DNA of 64,000 nucleotides from Cyanophora paradoxa CCMP329 (lineage: Eukaryota; Plantae; Glaucophyta): contig QPMI01000228.1 of NCBI GenBank assembly GCA_004431415.1, forward strand, positions 32,502 to 96,501, in the 5' to 3' direction. Shown here one piece after another: positions 25,686-38,500 of the stretch. The position numbers were made by a program, and so were the translations under genes. The notes under the pieces are model-generated. The model had not been told where the DNA came from. It searched no databases and saw only the letters and a list, made by a program, of their open reading frames with translations. The stretch's first letter is position 1. Each line of letters starts with the position of its first letter.

Positions 25686-28004
25686 ATGAGCCCCCCAGTG
25701 CTCTCCCCGAGTCTCACGCATTCTGCGCAGGAGCACGGAGAATCAGCGGTATCCTCTGCGGCTCCGAAGGGGCTCCGTGTGACCGGGGGATCGGCGACGG
25801 CGTCGCCGCTCCTGGGTCCTCGGTCGGAGGGATTGGCCCCGGATGGGGGCCCTGCGGGATGGGAGTCTCCAGCAGACGGCACGTCGACACCTGGAGACAT
25901 GGACGAGGAAGGGACGGACGAGGAGCGGGACGGGCATCCGCCCGGGCAGCGCTCGCGTCGGGGTCTGTCTCGCAAGTCAAAGAAGCCCCGCCTGCAGTGG
26001 TCTCCAGAACTGCATCAGAGATTCGTGGAAGCCGTTTCAGTTCTGGGATCATCCGGTGCGGAGGCGCGCGTGATGTGGTCTCGCCTCCGACCTGATCGCC
26101 CCTTTTCGTGCTTCGCAGCCGTCCCCAAATCCATTCTGCAGCACATGAATGAACCTGGTCTTTCGCGAGAAAACATTGCGAGCCACTTGCAGGTGCGGAT
26201 CAAATCCGTTTTTGTTTGGTCCCTTTTCCGACTCGCCTTTTCCTTGTTTGGTCCCTTTTCCGACTCGCCTTCGTTTCTTCCCCTGCCTTTCCTTCGAATT
26301 TCACATCTGACCTTCATGCTTCCGCAGAAATATCGCTTGAGCCTGAGGAGGAACTCTCCGCAAGTGACGCCGAAGCAGGAGCCGATGACGGGGCTTGGGC
26401 GGACACCGCCGCAGACGGCTCAGATCGCGCTGCTTGGCGCCACCACGGCGGAGGCATTTCCGATGACGACGATGTACCACGCGGCGGCGTTCCACGGACT
26501 CCCGCCGCCCTCCACGCACGGACGGTCGCACCACGACACGCTCCTCCGGTACCAGCAAGCGTTCGCCAGCGACCCGCTCGCCGGGTACCACCGACCGGCG
26601 GGACCTGGGGACTTCCTGGCGCTCCAGTCGCAAGTCTATCGGATGCGGCCCGATCTGATGCGGCACGCGTTCTCGAACGAGTCGGTGGCGGCGGCGGTAG
26701 CGACGGCGGCGGCGGCGACGATGGCGCAGGGCGGCGACGCGGCCGTCTCAAACGCGGCGGCCATCACGTCGCTGTACGGAGCGCCCGTCCCGCCCGGCCA
26801 CCCGCAGGCGGCCGCCGGGCAGGCCGCCTTCCGCCTCGCCATCGATCAGCTTGCTGCCCAGGCGCGCAGGGGCGCGCAGCTCGCCTCCGGCAACACCTCA
26901 GCGGCGTCGGCGGCGTCCGGCGGGGCGGCGGTGGAGAAGGCGGCGGCGCTGGCGGGCGAGGCGCCGATGGCGGTGGTGCGGGCGGCGACGTCGGTGCGGC
27001 CGGTCAGCGACGGGCGGGGCAGTGCGAGCAGCGCCTCCAGCAGCGAGGAGGACGCGAACACGGAGGACGGGGCCGGCGGCGGCTCCGGGGAGGGCTCCGG
27101 CGCCTCGGGGGCGGAGCGGGGCCGGGGCGGCACCGGCGGCTCGGGCTCCGGGTCCCGGAGCTCGAGCTCGGGGAGCAGCGGGGAGCAGGGCGGCTCGGAC
27201 CGGAGCGCGGCGAGCAGCGCCGTGCCCATCTTCGTGCGCAACCTCCAGCAGGGCGGCCACGGCCACGGGCAGCACGGCAAGCCCGGCGCCGGCGAGAGGC
27301 CACGGGCGTCCGGCGGCAGCGGCGGGCGGGGGGCGGCGGAGGTGCCGGAGCTGCGGCTGCCGCGGGCGTCGCTGCCGGGCGGGGGCGGCGGGCGGTCGCT
27401 GCCGTCGCGCGCCGACTCGGTCTCGACGGCCTCCTCCTCCATGACCTCGGGCCTCGGGTTCCCCGACCTGACCCTCTCCTCCCCGGCCCTCTCCTCCACC
27501 TACGGCTCCCCCGCCACCGGGCCCGCCCACACGGGCCCCTCCTCCTCCTCCACCGGCCCCGGCAGCTTCCTCCTCGGCCCCGCCCGCGGCAGCGTCTTCC
27601 CCTACACGCCCTACTCCTTCGACTCGGGCTCCTCGTCGCCCGTGCCGGGCAGCCACTCGGCCGCCTTCGACTACATGTCCGAGTCGGGCGCGGGGGCCTC
27701 GGCGCCGGCGGCCGGCTCGGGGGAGAGCCTCCCCGCGCTGGGCTTGAGCGCCGGCCTGCTCCAGGAGTACGCCAACGCGATGGCGGCGCAGTCGGCGGCT
27801 TTCAGCGCGATGCACGGGGGCCTCGCGGGGTACCCGTCGACGGTGGAGTACGCGGGGGAGGGCTGGAAGGGCTCGAGCGCGCTGCTGCCGTCCCTGGGGC
27901 AGGCGCTGCGCCCCTCGAGCAGCTGGAACGAGCTCCTCGACGTCGAGAACCGCTCCAAGGACGCCGAGGGCGGCGGCAGCTCCGGCGAGGCCACCGCCGC
28001 CTGA
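25686..28004 (+). CDS. GARP-family (G2-like/ARR-B-type) Myb transcription factor
   Basis: [50 protein letters not shown] across two introns; long low-complexity C-terminus. Confidence 0.93.
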   Translation: MSPPVLSPSLTHSAQEHGESAVSSAAPKGLRVTGGSATASPLLGPRSEGLAPDGGPAGWESPADGTSTPGDMDEEGTDEERDGHPPGQRSRRGLSRKSKKPRLQWSPELHQRFVEAVSVLGSSGAEARVMWSRLRPDRPFSCFAAVPKSILQHMNEPGLSRENIASHLQVRIKSVFVWSLFRLAFSLFGPFSDSPSFLPLPFLRISHLTFMLPQKYRLSLRRNSPQVTPKQEPMTGLGRTPPQTAQIALLGATTAEAFPMTTMYHAAAFHGLPPPSTHGRSHHDTLLRYQQAFASDPLAGYHRPAGPGDFLALQSQVYRMRPDLMRHAFSNESVAAAVATAAAATMAQGGDAAVSNAAAITSLYGAPVPPGHPQAAAGQAAFRLAIDQLAAQARRGAQLASGNTSAASAASGGAAVEKAAALAGEAPMAVVRAATSVRPVSDGRGSASSASSSEEDANTEDGAGGGSGEGSGASGAERGRGGTGGSGSGSRSSSSGSSGEQGGSDRSAASSAVPIFVRNLQQGGHGHGQHGKPGAGERPRASGGSGGRGAAEVPELRLPRASLPGGGGGRSLPSRADSVSTASSSMTSGLGFPDLTLSSPALSSTYGSPATGPAHTGPSSSSTGPGSFLLGPARGSVFPYTPYSFDSGSSSPVPGSHSAAFDYMSESGAGASAPAAGSGESLPALGLSAGLLQEYANAMAAQSAAFSAMHGGLAGYPSTVEYAGEGWKGSSALLPSLGQALRPSSSWNELLDVENRSKDAEGGGSSGEATAA

Positions 28005-28347
28005 ACAAGTCACCAGCACGGCCCGCTTGGGCTTCTCGATCCTCGAGATTCGGCTAGCCTTAAGCGTCGGCCGCCCGCCGCACGTACAGTATACAGGTAG
28101 CGCTCCGATCCGCGCCAGTATTTATATCGCATTTGTATTCCGCCACCCTCGCGCAGGCAGGCGTTTTTGCGTTTCGCTTAACTTGATGTGATTTTAACGT
28201 TTAAAGAGCAGTCGTAGGCTGACAGTTTCCTACCTATCAATATTTGTAGCACGTACACGTACAATTATCTTCAACCGAATTTCAAGACGACCCCTTTGCA
28301 TGTCCTTGCGCACTCGAAGAGGGGACGCCTGCGGCTGGGGCCTACAG

Positions 28348-29544
28348 CTACTGGGTGGAGTCGTAGCGGGGCTGGGGCCCGAAGTGGATGTGGCCGGTGG
28401 CCGGCGAGGTCGCCTCGGAGGCGGGGACCGTGCTGCGCGCCGCCTCCGCCTTGCCGTGCGGCCCCCCGAGGTCGCCCCGCATGAGGAACTCCGCCGCGCC
28501 GGGCCCCTCCGGCGCGCCCTCCGCCTCCCGCACGCGGAAGTGCGTCGCAGCGAGCGACGGCCAGTCCTCGATCACGCTCACCCCGCAGGTCTCCTGCCGC
28601 GCGGAGTGAGAAAGGCGGCGCGGGACGGGTGCCGGCGCAGCCGAGGCGCGGGCGAGCCTGGAAGGGGACGAGGAGGACGGCGATCTGGGGCCCGGGCGGG
28701 TCGAGCGCCACGGCGGGGGCCCGCGCCGCGTGGTGCCCCGCGAGGGTCCCGATCCCCTCCGCGAGCGCCCGCTCGAGGCCCTCCCGGTGCTCCGCCGGGT
28801 GCGCGTGCGCCTCGTAGACGATGCCCCACTGCCGCCCCGTCAGGAGTGCCGCGGCGGCGTCAGACGAGGCGCCGTAGCTACCGTCGTGTTCGTGCCACCC
28901 GCTCCTGCGCCCCGGCGCTCCAGTGCAGGCAGCACCACGTTGCGCGCAAGCTCGCGGACACTCTGCGGGCGGTGAGCGCGCACGAGATACGAAATTACTT
29001 AAGCACGGAATCGGACATCCGAGTCCAACGCTGTTGTTGCTTCGATCGGTATGACTCTTATGCAATGCCTGCACCTCAGTGAGCGCTGAATAGTGAGCGA
29101 ATACTGAGCGCGTATACGTACTTGAATTTTACAATGCCACTCTGCACCGCCTGCAGAAGGCGACGCCCCGTACGAACGATATCGAGATAGTTTTCGGGGG
29201 CACCAGCCTCGAAAAACAGTGTTCTGCGATTTACTATGTGTACGGGCGCCTTCCGAAGGACGCCAGCGAGAAACAGGGACGAGAGCGCCGCGTGAGCCTC
29301 AACACATGCGCTCGCGCGATCTGTGCTCAAACCGTGAGCGCCAGAATACACAATTTTGTGCAGAATACACGTGAGAAATCGGACCGCCTGCAAAAGTGAC
29401 AAGAAAACCGGCCCGGCCGTGTATGGCTGAAGACTGCGACGCGGAAGCGCAAGCTGTGCGCGCGATGTCGAGCGCATTCGCCGCGCCATCAAAAGCCTCG
29501 AGCAGATCGTCATCCGGCCCTTCCTGTTCAACTCCGAATTCCAC
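28348..29544 (-). CDS. Hypothetical multi-exon protein
   Basis: Coding-like segments (QWGIVYEAH..LLVPFQ / ETCGVSVIEDW..YDSTQ*) joined by host-type GC-AG introns; 5' extent unclear, possibly to about 30050. Confidence 0.4.
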
Positions 29545-29681
29545 GGCCTGAAACTGGTCAGAGAGAGCGCCGGATTCGGCTTCGCAGAGAGAGTGCGCGG
29601 ATTCGGCTTCTGGGACGGACCTCGCTGCTCATCTCGTTGATTTTTGACGTGCACGCGAAAAGCTCGAGCTTGCAGTTTGGC

Positions 29682-29753
29682 GCTTGAACGGCGAGAACCG
29701 CTTTCGACGCGCAGAGAGCAGCTTGAACGGCGAGAACCGCTTTCGTCGCGCAG
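29682..29753. repeat. Tandem duplication, 39-bp period
   Basis: GCTTGAACGGCGAGAACCGCTTTCG(A/T)CGCGCAG at 29682 and 29721. Confidence 0.85.
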
Positions 29754-30179
29754 CTCTCTGAGAGCTGTTTGCCGGGGTACGATGGAGCATGCCGCTTAGT
29801 GCTACCCCCCGCGAACAATGGCACCGTCCGCCGGTTCCGCCCGGCAGTTATAGCGGCGGGCAACATCGCTGTAAGCGTTTCTAGCTAGCGGGCATCACCG
29901 CCCAGCAGCGGCCACCGGGAGCGGGAACGAAGCGCTTGTGCGGCGGAGCTGGCCCAGCTGGGCGGCCGGCCGGCGCGGCCAGCGTCTGCAACCGGTACCA
30001 GCTGGCCTCGCCGACACGTCATTTAAGTAGCTTGTAATCAATTTCGCTCTCATCGCCGCGGTCTTGGTGCTTCCAGTCTCCACCGTCCACGCCCGCCATC
30101 AGCAGCATCAGCGAGTGCAGAACGGGCACCGGCGGGAGCGAGTGCAAGTCTGAAATCTCTCCTTATGCAGTGAGGGGCC

Positions 30180-33100
30180 ATGGAGTCTGCGCGCGAGAGC
30201 AGAACTTACCTGGTGCCGCCTAGCCAGGCGACGAGCCAGCCTCAGTCTGCCGGCACGCTATCGATCTCGCTGGCTCAGCAAGAGGGCGGCAGCATGCAAG
30301 GTCCAGATGTGACGTTTGTGATCGACGCTTCCGCCTCCGCCGTCTACAGCTCGCAGCAAGCCCCCGACAAGCAGAACGGGCCCCGCGAGAACGAGGGGCT
30401 TGGCAGCATCATGGAGAAGTCTGAGCCGCCGCCAGAGGCCGAACCGGAGAAGCCAAAGGAGCGGCGGCCGGCGGCCGGCTCCGCGCCGGCCAGCCGAGTC
30501 CTGCCGAGCACGTCCTTCCGCAGCTCCAACTCGGGCAGCTTCCGCCGCGCGTCGAGAAGAGCTGGGCCCCTGCGACGACTGCGGGCGGCCGCGGCGAGGC
30601 GGGCGGCGGCGGCCGGCGCCGCCGCGGCGGAATGGGGCCTTCTTCCCTTTGCGCTCGAGGAGGACGAGGAGGCCTTCCGCGCCTCCTGGGCCGGCGACCG
30701 CCTCGCCTGCGCCCGGCGCGCCCGCCACCGTCCCTCCCGCCTGCGCCGCCCCGCTCACCCCGGGCACGCAGGAGGACGTGCCTGCTCGGCATCCTCCCCC
30801 TGCTGGTGGCGGCGGCCGTGCTCGTCGCCGCGGTGCACGGCGGCTCGATCAGCGCGGGGGCCGCGGAGGGCGCCTGGGTGGCAGCGTGGGCGGCGGCGGG
30901 GGCGGCCCTCGCGGCGCTGGCCGTCTGCGCGGCGACGCTGGGGCCGGGGGCGGAGGGCTGGGCCCCGCGGCGGCACTGGCAGGGGTGGCGGCGGGGGCGC
31001 TGGTGGTGGTGCTGGTGAGCGCGCACGTGGCGGCGCGCGTGCTCGCCCTCCCCGCCCTCTTCCTCGTGGCCTTCGCCGCCGCCGCGGAGGCCGCCTCCTC
31101 GGGCCTCGGCCTCCGCTCCCCGCAGGCCCGCCCCCCCCGCCCCGAGCCCGCCCCAGCCGGCCCGGCATCGCCTGAGGCCCGTGGCGCAGGTGCTCCTCAT
31201 CGCCTTCGCGGGTCTGGGCCTCGCGCTGGACGCGTGCGTCTCGCACGGGACCGCGTGGGAGGCCCGCGCCGCCCTGCCCCTCGCCGCCGCCGCCGTCGCC
31301 CTCGCGGCCGCCCGCGCGCTGCAGGAGGAGCGCGCGGCGCGGGCCGCCTTCCTCCGCGCCCGCGAGGCCGCCGGCGAGGCCGAGGCGGTGCGCATGCGCC
31401 CCGCGCCCCACGCCGGCAGGCAGGCTCGCCGGCGCTGAGGCGGTCGGGGGGCAGTTCCGGGCGGAGCACGCGTCGCTGGCGCACGAGCTCGAGGTCCGCC
31501 CCGCCGCCGCCCTCTCCTCGTCCCACCGTTGCAGCCCGAGCATTCTTAAATAGCACTCTCGCCTCTTAACTCTCCTGCCGCTGCTCTGCTCGCTTGCGCT
31601 GCGGCGCTGCGGTGGCCGACGCTGCGGGGGCAGTCGTTCCGGCGGCTGGTGGTGGAGCTGGACCTCGCCTCGCCCCTCGCCTCTGCTGTCTTCCTCATCG
31701 GCGACATCACCGAGCGCTCCCTCGCCGGTCCGCCCCTCCCTCCCCCTCCCTCCCCGAGCCCCTCCCCGAGCCCCCTCCAGGGTGCGACATCGCGCTGGCG
31801 GCCTCGGCGGCGGCGGCGCTGCGGCACCTGCTCTCCTCGGGCAACCTCCGCTCCCCGCTCAAGTTCGCCGGGGGCGAGCTGGAGGAGCTCGAGGAGGCGG
31901 GCGACGAGCTCGCCGCCGGCATGCGCGACTGGCTGCGGGCCACCGCCGTCGGGCACCAGGCCGCCCCCTCGGGCGCGGAGGGCGCGCTCACGGTCCGCGG
32001 CGGCGTCGGCGCCCGCTCCCGCGGCGGCAGCCTCGAGGAGGACGGCGCCGCCTCCCGCGCCGCCGCCGCCGCCGCCGCCCCGCAGGCGCCCCACGCCGAG
32101 GAGCAGGCCGGCCCGCCCGTCGTGGGCCTCCCCGCCGAGCTGCGCCCGGAGCGGGCGGCGGCGCTGCAGGCGGCGCTGCAGGCGGCGCACACCTCGTGGG
32201 AGGCCGACGCCTTCCAGCTGGCGGAGCTCACGGGGGGGCGGCCCCTCTCCACCCTGGGGCTCTCCCTCGTCCGCCACGCCGGCCTGCACGACGCGCTCCC
32301 GCTCGACATGGGCAAGCTCGCCGCGTACCTCGGCGCCGTCGAGGGCTCGTACCGGGAGAACCCGTACCACTCCCGGGTCCACGCCGCGGACGTCCTCCAG
32401 GCGCGCGCGGGAGGGACCCCCGGCACCCCCTCGCTGCCCTCCGCGGCGCCCCCCTCTGAGCCCCCCCGCAGGCGACGCACTTCCTGGTGCACTGCGGCGG
32501 GCTGCGGCCCCTCGTCCGCTCCGCCGACGTCCTCGCCGTTCTGCTCGCCGCCGCCGTGCACGACGCCGACCACACCGCCTGCTCCAACGGCTTCGAGATC
32601 GCCACCCAGTCCGAGCTCGCCCTCCTCTACAACGACCAGTCCGGTGCGCGCCCCGCCCCGCCCCGCCCCCTCCTGCCCCAGCAGAGACGGCGGCTTGCCC
32701 CTCGTCCCCCTCCCTCTCTGTCCCTCCGGCGCCTCACGGGGGCCCCTCCTGGGCGCGCGCAGTGCTGGAGAACAACTCGCTGACGCTCGCCTTCCGCCTG
32801 CTGCGGGACCCGGCGCTCGACTTCCTCGCGGCGCTCCCCCGCGACCAGCGGGCCGAGCTGCGCCGCACCGTCGTCCAGCTCGTCCTCGCCACCGACATGG
32901 CCAGGCACTTCGAGACCCTCTCCGCCTGGCGCGCCCGCCTCCTCGCCGAGACCCTCGAGGGCGCCTCCCTGCCTGACCGCGACGGGTCCGACCCCCGCCC
33001 CGCCAGCGAGCCCGCGCGCGGCGCCCCCCTCAGCGGGCCGGGGCCGCGCAGGGAAAAGCCGGCGCCGGGCTCTGCGCTGGCCTCGCCCTCAATGGCCGCC

Positions 33101-34503
33101 GCCGTCGCCGCGGCCGCTCAGCAGCAGCAGCAGCAGGGCGGGTCGGCGCGGCCGCGGGGCTCGGGGGCGGGGGCGGGCGGCTCGCTGGCGCCCTCGTCGA
33201 ACGGGACGCCGGCCGGCTCCCGGCGGCGCGTCGGGCTGCCCCTCCACCGCGAGGCGGCGGGGGCGCTGGGGCGGGAGCAGCTGCCGGGGGCGCAGCGGCT
33301 GCTGAGCCCCGACGACCGCCGCCTCTACCTCTCCGTCTGCCTCAAGGCCCGCCCCGCCGCCCCGCCCTCTTCTCGCCGCGCTGACGGGCGGGGAAGGTGG
33401 CGGACCTCGCGAACGCGGCGCGGCCCTTCGCGCAGCACGTCCGCTGGTGCCAGCGCGGTGCGCCCGCCCGCGCACGCCCGCGCCGCCACCCCTCCTCCGC
33501 TGCCCCTCACGGGGCCGGCGCCTGCTTCTCCGCGCAGTGTACGACGAGTTCTGCGGGCAGGGCGACCGCGAGCGGGAGCTCGGCCTCCCCGTCTCCCCCT
33601 AGTGCGTCCGCCTCCTCCCTCCCCTCCCCCGCCGCCTCGCCAGAGCGTCTGGCACAATGAAAGATGCACATCATGAAAGATAATAGACATGATTAGAAGC
33701 AGGCGAGCGCCCGCGCGGCGGCGGCTGACGAGGGCGGGGCGGCAGCTGCGACCGGGAGACGGCGAGCATCCCGCGGACGACGGCCGGCTTCCTCTCCTTC
33801 CTCGCCCTGCCCCTCTTCGCCGCCTGGGCCTCCCGCTTCCCCGCCGCCCGCGCCCTCCTCGAGGTCCCCCGCCCCGCCCCGAGCCCCCTGCAGCGCCCCG
33901 CCCCGCCCCGAGCCGCCACCGCGCAGAACGGGGAGGCGCACCTCAAGCACTGGGAGACGATGGCGGCGTCCGGGAGCGGGGCCCCGCTGCACTCCCCCGG
34001 GCCCGACACGCCGGGCCTCGACACCCCCGGCGGCTCGGCGCGCGGCCACGGCCAGCAGCGCTCCTCCCTCGTCACCCGCGCCGCCCGCCGCGCCGAGCGC
34101 GCCGAGCGGCTGGCGGCGGGGCCGGCGTGGCGCGGGCGCACTGGGAGCTGGGGCAGGCGGGCGGCTCGGGGCGCAACTCGCGGAGCAGCTCGGTGGTGGC
34201 GGGCGGCGGGGGCGCGGGGCGATGGCGGCCTGGGAGGCGCGCGTCTCGCGGACGCCGGGGCGGGGCAGCGCGCGGGGGAGCGCGCGGGAGAGCGTGCGGG
34301 AGAGCGGGGGCGTGCTGCGGGCGGGGTCGGGGGCCGTGGAGCGCGACATCCTCGCCGCCGTGCGCGAGGTCGCCGCCGGCCGGGGGGGGGCCCTCCTCGA
34401 GCTCTCCTCGCCCCTCCACTCCCCGCTCCAGAGCCCCCTCGCCTCGACCCGCCCCTCCCGCCGCATCGCCCCCTCCGACCCCCCCACGCCCCTCTCGACC
34501 TAG
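30180..34503 (+). CDS. Class I 3',5'-cyclic nucleotide phosphodiesterase with N-terminal transmembrane region, multi-exon
   Basis: YRENPYHSRVHAADVLQ, AAAVHDADH..SN, LALLYNDQSVLEN, LVLATDM..HF, KVADLAN..RP, EF..QGDRERELGLPVSP; hydrophobic segments at 30.8-31.3 kb. Confidence 0.93.
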
Positions 34504-35571
34504 TCCGCCGTGCGAGCCATCGAATCTTTCTTCCTGCTTCGCTGTTGTTCCTTGAAGTGGCGTAGGAAGCACGAGCTTAGTCATTTCAACCTCTTCTTTG
34601 CTTTCCGTGTACATTCCCCTGCGAGACTGTAAGTCGACTCTAGTGTACATGCCATGGCCCCGTGGCCAGCTGCCTCGTCGGACCCGGACAGCTAGCCGCC
34701 GGACCCCCCCTGTAGATTGAGTATTCTTTTCAAAACGGACTTCAAATTCGCTCAGCCTGCATGTAGCGTCGTAGATAGCTATAGCTATAGCTAGCTTACG
34801 CACTACTTTCGCAATTGTAAGCTTAAGCTTTCAGCTCCGGATCCCCCTTAAACAGTTGCAAGCCTAGCAGCTCCCTTTTCGCTTTCCGTTCTTCCACATC
34901 ATCACTCGTGTGTGTCACGTCCGACGGTCATAATGTCAGTGTCGCCGATTTTTTGAATCATGCCACAGGGCCGCCGGGCCATCAGATCTTGATTCCGACG
35001 TCGACTGCCCGATTCGGCGACTCAGTGTGACTGTGCATGTCATTGCCAAGTTGCGGCGTGTGGCCAGAGGCCACTGGCCATGGGCCTAGTGGGGGGTGCC
35101 CGTGGAGACTTCGAGTGTCGGGGCCCGGGGTGCCAGGGGTGGTCAAGGGGTGAAGCTTTTAAGGCGCAACTTGGCAATGCACTGCCAGGCTGCAGCTGTG
35201 TACTACGGTATACGCAGGCAACCGAACGTATATGGCTCATGATCAGGTGCAAGGCCCTGAACCTCATATGCAGACTCTGAGACGCGGCTCACTGATCATG
35301 AGTCAAGCCGGCATGCGCTCAGCCCTGGCACTGCGGCATGCAGGCCCTGCATCTGAGGCCTCCGCGTTCACGGTTTCTGGGCCCCGCCGCGGGGCCTGCA
35401 ACACCGTTCCACGCCAACTGCACTGCCGCCATCTCGTGGCCGGCGGTTGGCCTGGCGTCAGTGACGGTGGCTCCTCGTGCTCTCCACCCCAGCCCACGTG
35501 ACCACGACCGGTACCATCGGATGCACGTGCATGTGCTCTCGTGGCCCCACGGGCGCGATCGCGACCGACGG

Positions 35572-38500
35572 CTACGAGAAAGGGAAGGATTGCGCCCGCG
35601 GCCGCGAGTCGGCCGCCTCCGGGCCGAGCCGTCCCCGCGGCGCCCCCGCCGCCTCGCGGTCGGGCCCGCTGGGGGCGGGGGCGGGCAAAGGGGCCGCCTC
35701 GAAGCGGGGGGCGGGGGCGGGGGGAGGCGGCCGCCGGGGCGGGGAGCGGGAGGGGCCGTGGCCCTGGCCCCGGCCGGGGTGCACGTTGGCGTGGGCGTGG
35801 AGCTCGCGGTGGCGGCGGAGGTAGCGGCGGAAGGCGGCAAGCAGCTCGGCGCGCATCGTGGCGCCCGCCGCCAGCAGCGGGCCCACCGAGGCGCGCAGGT
35901 GCTCGAGCAGCTGCTCGGGGGGCGGGTCCTGCAGGGAGATGCGGTGGCCGCGCCCGAGCTGCGAGCCGAGGGCGCGGGCGTAGTCGACGGCCTCCTCCTC
36001 CGTCATCGCCGCCTTCAGCTTGAGGCTCACCGTCGGCACCTGCCGCACGTGGTACTGGCCCCGAACCCCCGCCCTCAGCGACGCGACGCAAAGGAGGGGG
36101 CGGGGGCACCTCGGAGCCGCGCCAGGTGGCCCAGCCCTCGCGCAGCGTCCACCCCGGGCAGTAGAGCTCCGACGCCGCCATCATCCGCTTCCCTGCGCGG
36201 CGCCCCGTCGCGCGCGCCCGGGGAGGCGGGGCGGTTGCGCGGGGCGGGGCGGGGCGGGCCCTGATGGGAGTAGGGGTTGCGGAAGTAGCGCGTGTCGGGG
36301 TCCGCGCGGACCTGCGGGGCGGGGGAGAGCGGGCGTCAGGGCCCGAGGGGCGGGGGCGGGGGGCGGGGCGGGGGCGGGGCGGGGCGGGGACCTGCTTGAG
36401 GTCGAGGAGGAGGGCGTCGTCGGAGTCGAGGGGGCCGGGGGCGCCGGCGGGGCGGGGGCGGGGCTCGAGGGCGACGAGGAAGCGGTCGCGGCGGGTCTCG
36501 GAGACGCGGGAGGAGAGGAAGCCGGCCTCCGCCACCTCGTACCCCTCCAGCACGTGCAGCTCGTTCCGGTTCTTGAAGTACTCCCTCAGCACCCCCAGCA
36601 TCTCCCCGCTGCCCGCCAGCACCCTCAGCGCGGGAGCCGGGGGCGGGTGCGGGGGCGGGCGGGGGCGAGGGGCGGGATGCGGACTCGGTGGTGGGGATGG
36701 CGTGGGCGCGCATCTCGCGGGCCCAGTGGCGGTTGGCGGCGAGGTAGGCGCGGGTGGAGAGCTCGCGCGCCGGCAGCTCCACCGCCTTCAGCGCCCGCAT
36801 CTCCGCGTACGGCGCCCGCGGGCTGCCCCCCCTCACCTCAGCCCCCGCTGCGCTGCGCGGGGCGCGGCGGGGCGGACTTGGCGAAGGCGTGGGCGTAGGC
36901 GGCGAGGAAGGCGTCGAGGGCGGGGCGGGGGAGGAGCTTCTCGGCAGGGACGGCGAGGCGGAGGGAGAGGGAGAGCCAGGCGCGGAGGACGTCCCACGTG
37001 AACGGGCCGTACCGCGACCGGTCGAAGTCCGCCATCGCGCACCCCTGCGCCCCCGCCCCCCGCTCAGTCTTCGTGCACATGGCCCGGGGCGGGGGCGGGG
37101 GCGGGGCGGGGGCGGGGGCGGGCCTGGAGGGTGCGGGCGTAGTTGTCGACGTGGGGGTTGCCGTGGAGGAAGACGCGGGGCACGCGGCGGCAGTCGACGA
37201 GCTCCACGAAGCGCGCCTGCATCCGCAGCACCGCGTTCCGGAAGAAGAAGTCCAGGCCCCTGCGCGCCCCCACCCCGCTCGCCCCCGCGCCGCGCAGGGG
37301 CGGGGGGCGGGGCGGGGCCCGCGCCGGCTGCGGTGGGTGTAGTTGGCGGCGACGTGGGGGGGGTCGAGGGCGGGGTCCTTGTCGAAGAGGTTGGGCCCCG
37401 CCTCGCGCGCCGCCCCCGCCAGCAGCGGCTCCAGCGTGCGCAGCACGGCCTCGAGGGTGGCCTCGGGGGCCCCCTCGGCGGGCACGACGCGGAAGCGGTG
37501 CTTGCGGGCGAGCAGCAGGTACTCGTTGTTCACGGCGGTCTGGAAGAGCACGAAGTTCTCCATGGGGTCCCCGCTGAGCTGCAGGTCCAGCCCCGCCTCG
37601 TAGTAGTTCAGCCGCGCCACCGCCCCCGCCCCGGCCCCCGCCCCCGCCCCCGCCCCGGGGCTGTGCAGGCTCCCCTCGGGGCGGAAGGGCGAGGGGGCGC
37701 CGGCGCCTCGGGGGGCGGCCGGGGAGGGGAGGGCGTCGGCCGCCGCCGCGCCCGGCCCGAGGGCCTCCACGCCGGCGCCGAGGCCAAGCTCCCCTTCCCC
37801 CTCCCCCTCCCCCTCCTCCTCCTCGTCCTCGTCGGTGGCGTCGTTCTCGGGGCGGCCGTCCTCGGAGGCCGGCCCCGGGCGCGGGGCGGCGTGCCGCGCG
37901 AGCACCCGCCCGATCGCGGCCCGCACGGGGAGGCGGAAGAAGAGGACGGCGTCGGGCGGGATGGCGAAGCTGTAGAGCGACTCCAGCCAGGGCGCCGCCA
38001 TCCCCCGCACCTGCAGCAGGTCCCCGCCGCCTCGGCAGCCTTGGCCGGGGGCGCGGGGCGGGGGCGGGCGGGGGCGGGGAGGCGGGCCTTGTCGCGGGCG
38101 AGGGCGGTGTAGAAGTAGCGGTCGCAGAGGACGACCTTGCCCTCCTGCAGGGCCGGCCGGATCACCGACAGCGTCCGCTCCGCTAGGTCCGTCGCCTGCG
38201 CCGCGCCCGGCGCCGCGCCCCCTGAGCGCCGCCGCCGGCCGGCGGCTCGCGAGGGAGGGACCTGCATCATGGAGAAGGTGATGGGGGTGAGCTTCTTGGC
38301 GCGCTTCGCCTGCCGCGTCGCCTCGTGCAGCAGCGGCGACGAGTTCCACCGCGTCTCCACCACCCCGACTGCACCCCCGCCTCACTCAGCGGGGCGGAGG
38401 GGCGGGGGCCGGAGGGGGGCTGAGGGGCCGCACTGCCGCGCTCCTCGAGGGCGGCGCGGACGAGGGCGAGCTGCGTGCTCTTGCCCGAGCCGTCGAGCCC

